From IMG/VR virus record IMGVR_UViG_2654588181_000006, positions 1 to 19,222 of that record: a DNA stretch of 19,222 bases; one strand, 5' to 3'. The DNA is from a virus (Duplodnaviria; Heunggongvirae; Uroviricota; Caudoviricetes). The stretch's first letter is position 1. Every line of letters begins with the position of its first letter. The notes under the pieces were generated by a model that did not search any database, had not been told where the DNA came from, and worked only from the letters and a program-made list of their open reading frames with translations. Shown here one piece after another: positions 1-5,905 of this stretch. Position numbers and translations under genes: made by a program.

Positions 1-55
1 GGTATCCGTTCTGCTGAAGTGTCATGGCGTTGATTTTACGGTGACTCTTCGACAG

Positions 56-83
56 TGAAAAGAAAAAAGGCCGCAGAGCGGCC
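56..83 (-). terminator. Rho-independent terminator-like hairpin
   Basis: Plus strand 69-83 is ggccgcagagcggcc (6-bp GC stem, 3-nt loop), preceded on the plus strand by an A-run; on the minus strand the hairpin is therefore followed by TTTTTTCTTTT. Lies about 105 bp downstream of the minus-strand cargo gene ending at 190. Confidence 0.45.
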
Positions 84-95
84 ATAAACACAAAC

Positions 96-170
96 AAAAA
101 TCAATAAGTTAGGTAATTATCAAAGACTTACAGACACACAAAAACACAGCCAACCACAACAAATAACAGG
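96..170. repeat. A/CA-rich low-complexity tract at probable prophage boundary
   Basis: Sequence acaaaaatcaataag...acagacacacaaaaacacagccaaccacaacaaataacag is strongly biased to A and C, unlike the flanking coding DNA. Function unknown. Confidence 0.3.
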
Positions 171-189
171 GATGTGGTCACTTTGTGGA

Positions 190-585
190 TCATTCGCTCC
201 CCTCTTTTTCCTTATTTCGTTGAACGCCAATTGCGACACACGTACTAAGCAAATCTTTACATTTCTCTACGTCTTCAGACTTACGCAATTTGATGCTTTT
301 TACAGACTGCGGGCTACTGTCCGTAGCACGATACATCGTTATTTCAATATCATTTCGGTCTAAGAGTCCCATAATGGCTTTTGCAACCTCCACACCCTTC
401 TTCGCGAAATCAAAGAACAGAGCAAGTTTATATGGATTTTCGACGGAAAAAACTTCAATTTTGCTAAAACCAACATCGTGTAGAGAAAAATATTGCTCAA
501 CCTCATCTCGAAGTTCTGGATCGCATACAATGTCTATTCTCCAGTACTGACCTAAATGCAAATCGCTATTAACTGTTTTTTCCAC
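190..585 (-). CDS. Hypothetical cargo protein (131 aa), translationally coupled to the integrase
   Basis: Six-frame ORF 190..606 (minus). A strong RBS AAGGAGG (complement of 591-597) sits 5 nt upstream of an in-frame GTG at 585..583 and overlaps the integrase stop codon (596-598). The stretch is visibly AT-rich compared with the phage core. No family recognised. Confidence 0.55.
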   Translation of the reverse strand: MEKTVNSDLHLGQYWRIDIVCDPELRDEVEQYFSLHDVGFSKIEVFSVENPYKLALFFDFAKKGVEVAKAIMGLLDRNDIEITMYRATDSSPQSVKSIKLRKSEDVEKCKDLLSTCVAIGVQRNKEKEGSE

Positions 586-595
586 AACATCCTCC

Positions 596-1570
596 TTACC
601 CAGCAATAGGATTAAATCTCACCGCATCCTGCAAGTAATCCGGCGCAAGATGGGCATAAATCATCGTTGTCTGAATCTTTGCGTGCCCCAGAATTTTCTG
701 GAGCGTCAGAATATTGCCGCCGTTCATCATGAAATGACTGGCGAAGGTGTGGCGCAGCGCATGAACAGCCTGGCCGTCAGGAACATCAGGTGCGACCGTT
801 TTGATGACATCGCGAACCAATGGATAATCCAGCGTCGGAAACACCAGTTTCCCGCCCCGTTTTTTGATCTTTTCAAACAGGCTTTCAGAAATAGGAACGG
901 TACGGTTTTTGCTGTTCTTCGTTTTTGAAAAAGTGATTCGACAATGAAGAACACGGCGCTGCTCCAGTGCCGCTACCTCGCCCCATCGCGCCCCGGTCGA
1001 CAGAAGGATTTCGACAGCCAGCCGTTCATCGGGATTTTCAGCCAGTGCATCCAGCAACTGAACACATTCAGACTTACTCAGATATCCCATTTCGCGCTCG
1101 TTAACCTTCATTCCTTTAAGGCCTTGAACGGGGTTATCGTTAAGAAAATGGCCGGATGAGATGAGTGCGGTAAACATCGCGCTTAACGCCCCAATCTCTC
1201 GATTTATGGTGCTGGGCTGTATCCCCTGCTCTATCCTGGACACACGTAGCTCGGTGAGCATCGTTGTATTAAGTTTATGCACGCACGGGTCATCCATTGC
1301 TTCACTCAAGCGCAGCAATTTAAGGCGCGTGTTATGCCCTGACTTCATTAGCTGGCCGTGGTATTTCCACCACAAGTCAATAAGCACTGACAGAGGACGG
1401 CGATCAATAGAGTTTCCTTTCCACTCATTGTTATGCTGTTGCGCCAGCACCCACCGCTCATATAAAACTGCATCCGATTTCGTTTTAAATTTTTTGCGAA
1501 TGCGTTTGCCTTTACGCCCCTCAGGGCGCATGTCAAGAAGATACCCTCCCGGAATTGATTTTATGCTCAT
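596..1570 (-). CDS. int: Phage tyrosine integrase (P2/P4-type site-specific recombinase)
   Basis: ORF 596..1720 (minus). C-terminal catalytic signature recognisable: ARWGE (Arg), HALRHTFAS (His-x-x-Arg), TMIYAHL (Tyr). N-terminus GGYLLDMRPEGRKGKRIRKKF resembles the arm-binding domain. Start chosen at ATG 1570..1568 (MSIKSIPGGY); the upstream extension to 1720 would overlap the repressor gene, so the start is uncertain. Confidence 0.9.
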   Translation of the reverse strand: MSIKSIPGGYLLDMRPEGRKGKRIRKKFKTKSDAVLYERWVLAQQHNNEWKGNSIDRRPLSVLIDLWWKYHGQLMKSGHNTRLKLLRLSEAMDDPCVHKLNTTMLTELRVSRIEQGIQPSTINREIGALSAMFTALISSGHFLNDNPVQGLKGMKVNEREMGYLSKSECVQLLDALAENPDERLAVEILLSTGARWGEVAALEQRRVLHCRITFSKTKNSKNRTVPISESLFEKIKKRGGKLVFPTLDYPLVRDVIKTVAPDVPDGQAVHALRHTFASHFMMNGGNILTLQKILGHAKIQTTMIYAHLAPDYLQDAVRFNPIAG

Positions 1571-1619
1571 TCGTGAAACCCCAGCGTTACAAGACCACCA
1601 TGCCCCCAGCGTTCCATGA

Positions 1620-1928
1620 TTAGCCGGGCTGTGTACCAGTCTTGCGGGATTTTTGAGAAGACGATGTGTTTTCTGGCCCATCAGGGGAGAGAGAGGGACT
1701 GATCTGCCCAGCAGCCTCATTTGTTTTTCCCGTCATAAGCCAATTCATGTACTTAAAAAAGCGAGGGTGATTAACAATCTTGATAAGCACTTCGCCCCCT
1801 ATGTTTTCAATCCGCCCCGTTTCATAACGACGCAAAGTGCCGATAGGCACATCAATCAGGCCGCAAAATTCTTCGCGCGTTAAATCCTCTGATTCACGAA
1901 TCACTCTAATTTTTTCACCGATAAGCAT
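1620..1928 (-). CDS. Immunity repressor (P2 C-like, HTH)
   Basis: ORF 1620..1964 (minus) begins with GTG inside the operator; the more plausible start is ATG 1928..1926 (MLIGEKIRVIRESEDLTREEFCGLIDVPIGTLRRYETG), giving about 102 aa. HTH-like segment present. Position between int and the divergent cox matches the P2 int-C-cox layout. Confidence 0.75.
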   Translation of the reverse strand: MLIGEKIRVIRESEDLTREEFCGLIDVPIGTLRRYETGRIENIGGEVLIKIVNHPRFFKYMNWLMTGKTNEAAGQISPSLSPDGPENTSSSQKSRKTGTQPG

Positions 1929-1940
1929 TGACAGTGTTCC

Positions 1941-1986
1941 TATAAGTACACTAAGCTTGCGCACAAGGTGTACTTATAAGTACACC
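1941..1986. promoter_or_regulatory. Immunity-switch operator (three copies of an 11-bp half-site, including a 20-bp perfect palindrome)
   Basis: GGTGTACTTATAAGTACACC at 1967-1986 is a perfect 20-bp palindrome. Its half-site TATAAGTACAC recurs as a direct copy at 1941-1951. It lies in the 96-bp divergent intergenic region between the C-like repressor (start 1928) and the cox-like gene (start 2025). Confidence 0.6.
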
Positions 1987-2024
1987 AAGTCACAAACAAC
2001 CACAGATAGCGCAGGTTATCACAC

Positions 2025-2303
2025 ATGGCAAAAGTCCTGAACACACACGAACAGGCAGACTTTGAGCGTTTAGCAGCGTTCTATCCCTACCGCGATGAGC
2101 ATGGGTTACCAGTACTTGAAGAAAGCCTGAAAGATTACGCAAAGCGTACCAACCAAGCTGTTAACACAGTGAAAAGACAGGCTGACAGAGGTTCAATTCC
2201 CATCAACCAAGATGAAAAGAACTCAAGACGCACAGTAAATCTCTTCGCTCTTTTCCTGAAAACAATCAGGAGCGCAGAAAAATACGTGCAGATGACAAAA
2301 TAA
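2025..2303 (+). CDS. cox: Cox-like excisionase / transcriptional regulator
   Basis: 92-aa ORF, ATG at 2025, divergent from the repressor. The segment DYAKRTNQAVNTVKRQADRGSIPIN matches the pattern I recall for the P2 Cox DNA-binding region (EFAKLIGKSTGAVRRMIDKGKLPVI). Similarity is from memory, not a search. Confidence 0.7.
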   Translation: MAKVLNTHEQADFERLAAFYPYRDEHGLPVLEESLKDYAKRTNQAVNTVKRQADRGSIPINQDEKNSRRTVNLFALFLKTIRSAEKYVQMTK

Positions 2304-2317
2304 CGAGGTGTCATTTT

Positions 2318-2656
2318 ATGCTGAAGCAACGCCGTAATTTTCGTACCGGAACAGAACGCCACGCTAACCGTTTCACTACCAGTGCATCACGCAGCAACAT
2401 CCGCTACAGCCTGAGTGATACACACGCAACGCCGGATGGCTACCCAGTAAAACAAATCGGCGAGCACACCTGGCTGATTGAGAAAGCTGGAATCGTGATC
2501 CACAAATGCCCACGCAATCCGTTTACCGGAAACCGCATTTTTGCATTGAGCTGTGGCGACAATCAGTTCGGGCAGGATTTCACATTATACGAAGCACTTC
2601 GCACGGTTGATCGTCTGCTTCGCGGGCAAAGTTTTATTAAACAGGCTGATTTATAA
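2318..2656 (+). CDS. Hypothetical early protein (112 aa)
   Basis: ORF with ATG at 2318 preceded by GAGGTG (2305-2310); co-directional with cox in the early operon. No family recognised. Confidence 0.55.
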   Translation: MLKQRRNFRTGTERHANRFTTSASRSNIRYSLSDTHATPDGYPVKQIGEHTWLIEKAGIVIHKCPRNPFTGNRIFALSCGDNQFGQDFTLYEALRTVDRLLRGQSFIKQADL

Positions 2657-2666
2657 CAGGTGCTTT

Positions 2667-2954
2667 ATGACCAAAGACCATGCACAAGGTGTATTTATCC
2701 GTTTTATTGATTTTCGCGGTGAACTGTTATTACGTGCATCCGCTATTGACGGAGTGACTCCGGCGGGTAAAAACGGAGCCGACGAAGCCACTTACGTTTA
2801 TCTGAACGGCACGCGACTGCTTGTGGAACTTCCGTACCAGACCGTACGAGAAATCATTAGCGAAGCTGAAAAGGCACGCCAGGTTAATGGCGATGAACCC
2901 TATATCGAAATTATTTGTATGGATTCAGAAGCTGAAATACAGAAAGCAGATTAA
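2667..2954 (+). CDS. Hypothetical early protein (95 aa)
   Basis: ORF 2553..2954 overlaps the previous gene; internal ATG at 2667 (MTKDHAQGV...) follows its stop and is preceded by caggtg. Start inferred. Confidence 0.5.
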   Translation: MTKDHAQGVFIRFIDFRGELLLRASAIDGVTPAGKNGADEATYVYLNGTRLLVELPYQTVREIISEAEKARQVNGDEPYIEIICMDSEAEIQKAD

Positions 2955-2965
2955 AGGGCGTTGTG

Positions 2966-3208
2966 ATGGGCAAAGAATATAAAACTCTCATTAACAAAGC
3001 ACTTGAGCGTTTTTATTTTCGCTTAAGTGCATCAGGCGCTCATGCTGAACGTGCGGCCCGTGACTCATTGACCAGAGCAATCCGAAGTCTGTATGACGTG
3101 GCTTTTTATGCTGATGATCTGGATGCACTTAACGAACTTTCCGAGCTGATCTGTGCCGCAGAATGCGGGGAACATATTGAACCGTATAAGCTGGGAAATA
3201 TCGCATGA
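2966..3208 (+). CDS. Hypothetical early protein (80 aa)
   Basis: ATG at 2966 (the GTG at 2963 is the track start), preceded by aaagggcg. Stop overlaps the next ORF start in ATGA fashion. Confidence 0.5.
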   Translation: MGKEYKTLINKALERFYFRLSASGAHAERAARDSLTRAIRSLYDVAFYADDLDALNELSELICAAECGEHIEPYKLGNIA

Positions 3209-3342
3209 GTATATTTATCTCATGGCTTGTTCTGATTATTTCGGTGGTCTGCGCCATTGGGATTATGCGAATTATTAATTCAGTGAAAAAGATCGAGCGT
3301 TTTTCTCTGATGAATAACGATACAAATAAAGCATCAAATTAA
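3205..3342 (+). CDS. Small predicted membrane protein (45 aa)
   Basis: Not in the ORF track (under 60 aa). ATG 3205-3207 overlaps the previous stop (ATGA coupling). Translation MSIFISWLVLIISVVCAIGIMRIINSVKKIERFSLMNNDTNKASN has one hydrophobic helix followed by a basic tail. Confidence 0.4.
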   Translation: MSIFISWLVLIISVVCAIGIMRIINSVKKIERFSLMNNDTNKASN

Positions 3343-3410
3343 ATAAGAAAACGTGAAAACCATCCGTATTAACGGAGGTATTCGCACACGCAAATAACGG
3401 AGATACAAAA

Positions 3411-3821
3411 ATGCACGCAAAAGAAGAAGGTATCATCAGAGCACTGAAAGAAATTTCAAAGACAGAAAACGAAGTAGCGAAAAAAGCCGTGGCAAATGCA
3501 CATATGGACGTCGCAACCCACACACTGATAGTCGCAAGAGTCACGGCAGAAGCAGCCGAAATTATCGCAAAACAGGATGCTGAACTGGCGGTTCTCAGAA
3601 CACAACCAGTCACCGGACTGGATTTGTCTAACACCGGACGCCTTATTTACACAATTGGCTCGGAGCTACAGCGATACACCATTATCGCCGGATTACAGGA
3701 TAAATACCTGATCACTCCTCACCCCATAAGGGAATCAGAAATTCTGACAAATCTCCGCCTGATAGAACGCTCTCAAGCTGTATTCATTGATGACGCGCAA
3801 CGTGCCGTATTTAACGCATAG
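3411..3821 (+). CDS. Hypothetical early protein (136 aa)
   Basis: ATG at 3411 preceded by acggagat; co-directional in the early operon. No family recognised. Confidence 0.6.
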   Translation: MHAKEEGIIRALKEISKTENEVAKKAVANAHMDVATHTLIVARVTAEAAEIIAKQDAELAVLRTQPVTGLDLSNTGRLIYTIGSELQRYTIIAGLQDKYLITPHPIRESEILTNLRLIERSQAVFIDDAQRAVFNA

Positions 3822-3844
3822 GGTTACTGGACAAAGGGGGCGCA

Positions 3845-4048
3845 ATGGCAATTAAGCATTTTCCCGTCGTTCGCTTTACCTCCAGAGGGCGCGAATACGA
3901 GGTCGACGAACGCCTGATTACCACTATCGACAAACATCGTTCGGAAAAGGATGCACACCACATCTACCTCACTGACGGCACTTACTTCTGCGCCACCAAC
4001 GTGGCGCGAGTAAATCTTATCCGACAGGTACAGGAGCCACGCAGATGA
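3845..4048 (+). CDS. Hypothetical early protein (67 aa)
   Basis: ATG at 3845 preceded by AAGGGGG (3834-3840). Confidence 0.5.
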   Translation: MAIKHFPVVRFTSRGREYEVDERLITTIDKHRSEKDAHHIYLTDGTYFCATNVARVNLIRQVQEPRR

Positions 4049-4311
4049 CCATTCTGGACTACATCGCTACTCATCCGGGGTGTAGCGGCGGAGAGATCGC
4101 CGCAGCACTGAATACCCCAACCACAGCCATTAATGCTGAGTTACGCCGACTTTGGCGCGGCGGCTTAGTCATCAGAACAAACCGCAGCACAGGTGGTCGC
4201 GCTCGCAAAACAGGAGGCCAGGCTTCTTACCACGTAAACCCGATGCCGTTCGGGTGTAGCAATCCACTTACTCACATGTTTAACCGGCTACTGAAGGAAG
4301 CCAGAGCATGA
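4045..4311 (+). CDS. Hypothetical protein (88 aa), possible winged-helix DNA binder
   Basis: ATG 4045 overlaps the previous stop (ATGA) and is preceded by CAGGAG. N-terminus MTILDYIATHPGCSGGEIAAALNTPTTAINAELRRLWRGGLV resembles a winged-HTH; this is inference. Confidence 0.5.
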   Translation: MTILDYIATHPGCSGGEIAAALNTPTTAINAELRRLWRGGLVIRTNRSTGGRARKTGGQASYHVNPMPFGCSNPLTHMFNRLLKEARA

Positions 4312-4376
4312 GCACCATCAACCACCAGGAATTACATCCATCATCATTTCCGAGATGCCAACAGGCTCTTCACAGT

Positions 4377-4844
4377 TCAGAAACTGCACAACCAGCAAAT
4401 TAACCTTTCGGAGTAACGCAAATGTTCGCTGGCAGACAACCCAACAGATGCACTCGCTTTGTTTTTTGCGGGCCTGACAAACGCTTTCATGTATGCGCTG
4501 TTCGTTTCTTCCAGATGCAGAATGCGCTCAATGAGGCGTTCAGTACTCATGAAATCCCTTTGCGTAATCAGACGAAGGTAGCTCTGTTTCTGCCAGCACG
4601 CCCATTCGGCAACGCACTCAAACTTACTGCAAAACCAGGAAAAAACAAAAAACGCCAGCCCGCAAAGACTCATCAGGACGGGGAAACCTACGAGAAGAAA
4701 GGAGAATACCGCAGCAATCAGTGCCCCGGCGCGCAACACGGCAGCGGCTTTATTGCTGAGTATGAAAACCATCTCTTCCAGCCAGTAGCTGTACCACAGA
4801 TGGAAAAAAATCTTCTTGTCTGCTTGCTCCATAGCAACAGGCAT
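4377..4844 (-). CDS. Hypothetical membrane protein (155 aa) encoded antisense to the early operon
   Basis: ORF 4377..4850 (minus). ATG at 4844..4842 is preceded by GGAGG with a 7-nt spacer. The protein has a clear hydrophobic hairpin (AGALIAAVFSFLLVGFPVLMSLCGLAFFVFSWF). The plus-strand ORF overlapping it (4422..5537) is low-complexity and looks spurious. Confidence 0.55.
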   Translation of the reverse strand: MPVAMEQADKKIFFHLWYSYWLEEMVFILSNKAAAVLRAGALIAAVFSFLLVGFPVLMSLCGLAFFVFSWFCSKFECVAEWACWQKQSYLRLITQRDFMSTERLIERILHLEETNSAYMKAFVRPAKNKASASVGLSASEHLRYSERLICWLCSF

Positions 4845-5025
4845 AAACAACCTCCATTGTTAATAAACGCCGCTATCCTTCGGCGCATTCCATTTTTGCG
4901 CCGCGATTATACATACTTCAGCACGCAACACAAAAACCGCTTGCCAGCGCTCGTTGAGTCGGGTTACATTTCCGCTGCACCTCATAAAACGGGTGCCGGG
5001 ATTCTCAACCCGCTGACTACACACG

Positions 5026-5057
5026 CGCACAACCGCGCCAGCGGTTTTTTTGTGCGT
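5026..5057 (+). terminator. Terminator-like hairpin with U-tract
   Basis: ACCGC(5032-5036)-gcca-GCGGT(5041-5045) followed by seven T (5045-5051); flanking CGCACA (5026-5031) and TGTGCG (5052-5057) are also complementary. Short stem, so tentative. Confidence 0.3.
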
Positions 5058-5092
5058 ACTGTATTGCCACGTCTTATTCGCGTCAGAATTAT

Positions 5093-5168
5093 GGCGGGGC
5101 GTACGGGGCCGACTTCGGTCGGGCCGGGATCGTGTGTAGCCGGTGTTGAGAACCCCGTACGTCTCGCC
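5093..5168 (+). repeat. Inverted-repeat structured element with an inner C(UUCG)G hairpin
   Basis: GGCGGGGCGTACGGGG (5093-5108) pairs with CCCCGTACGTCTCGCC (5153-5168) at 14 of 16 positions, with a perfect 9-bp core. Inner hairpin CCGAC-TTCG-GTCGG at 5109-5122. The 10-mer GATTCTCAAC occurs at 5000-5009 and 5176-5185, and inverted (9 of 10) at 5145-5154. Confidence 0.35.
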
Positions 5169-5230
5169 ACCCCGAGATTCTCAACTCTGGATGGTGAGTT
5201 TTCAAAACTTACTATACACGAGGCCACGTC

Positions 5231-5461
5231 ATGGCAAACCGCAAGCAACAGCGCGCCCGCGCTGAGCGTATTCACATCCGCAGCGAAATCAACCGCAGAC
5301 TTTTTCGCGCAACACGCGTCGCGCAAATCATGCACATCAATATGTTGCATGAGCGCAGCCACGCACTATCAAACATTTATTCCGCCTCTGTTTTCAGCTA
5401 TCTGGCGGATGATCTGCACGAGCTTCAACAGCTCATCCAGCAGCAAAACAAACTCCATTAA
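5231..5461 (+). CDS. Hypothetical small basic protein (76 aa)
   Basis: ATG 5231 preceded by GAGG (5220-5223). N-terminus MANRKQQRARAERIHIRSEINRR is strongly basic. Lies immediately downstream of the structured region. Confidence 0.45.
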   Translation: MANRKQQRARAERIHIRSEINRRLFRATRVAQIMHINMLHERSHALSNIYSASVFSYLADDLHELQQLIQQQNKLH

Positions 5462-5533
5462 TTCCTGTTCCGGGCCTTTCCTGCACCTTGCGGCGGGAGG
5501 CCTTCGCACATCTGTAACAAGAGGATTGCCGCA

Positions 5534-5899
5534 ATGATTCTCGCCAACGACTTTCTTGAATACCTGCTCAACACAGAGCGTGATCTTGCCGCTCGCGTGC
5601 GTGATCGTTATGACATGTACCTGAAATCCCTGCCTGTACTGCAGCTCGCTGACGGAAAGATTGTTATTGATGGTCGCTACATGATTGACAGCCACGAGGG
5701 AAATTACAGGCTTTACCGCATTGAAGGTGGCACCCCGTCCGTTATTGGCATTTACCAGCGCCCATCCTCTGCAATCGTCGATGTGATTGCCGACAGCATC
5801 CGCATCACACATCGCCATGCCGACACAGAAGACACCGTGCTGGAAATTCAGCGGCTGGCTACAGTCTGCCGCGACACCCTGAATGGCATGACGAAGTAA
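5534..5899 (+). CDS. Hypothetical protein (121 aa) immediately upstream of gene A
   Basis: ATG 5534 preceded by AGAGGA; stop 7 nt before the gpA start. Confidence 0.6.
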   Translation: MILANDFLEYLLNTERDLAARVRDRYDMYLKSLPVLQLADGKIVIDGRYMIDSHEGNYRLYRIEGGTPSVIGIYQRPSSAIVDVIADSIRITHRHADTEDTVLEIQRLATVCRDTLNGMTK

Positions 5900-5905
5900 A
5901 TCACT

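Noticed and set aside
172-550. Plus-strand ORFs 172..363 and 290..550
   Set aside because: Antisense to the RBS-supported cargo gene; hydrophobic, low-complexity translations.
1571-1964. Upstream extensions of the int ORF (to 1720) and the repressor ORF (GTG at 1964)
   Set aside because: The int extension would overlap the repressor gene, and the repressor GTG lies inside the operator; the internal ATGs at 1570 and 1928 give protein sizes typical for P2-type int and C.
5093-5170. Possible tRNA or tRNA-like element, considered because of the GGCGGGG 5' end and multi-stem structure
   Set aside because: No T-loop (GTTC-type) or D-loop consensus, no acceptor stem complementarity with a CCA-proximal 3' end, and no cloverleaf spacing; kept only as a generic structured inverted repeat.
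4422-5537. 371-aa plus-strand ORF spanning the antisense membrane gene and the structured intergenic region
   Set aside because: Low-complexity, R/P/S-rich translation with no RBS; it overlaps a better-supported minus-strand gene and clear non-coding structure. Likely an open frame by chance in GC-rich DNA.
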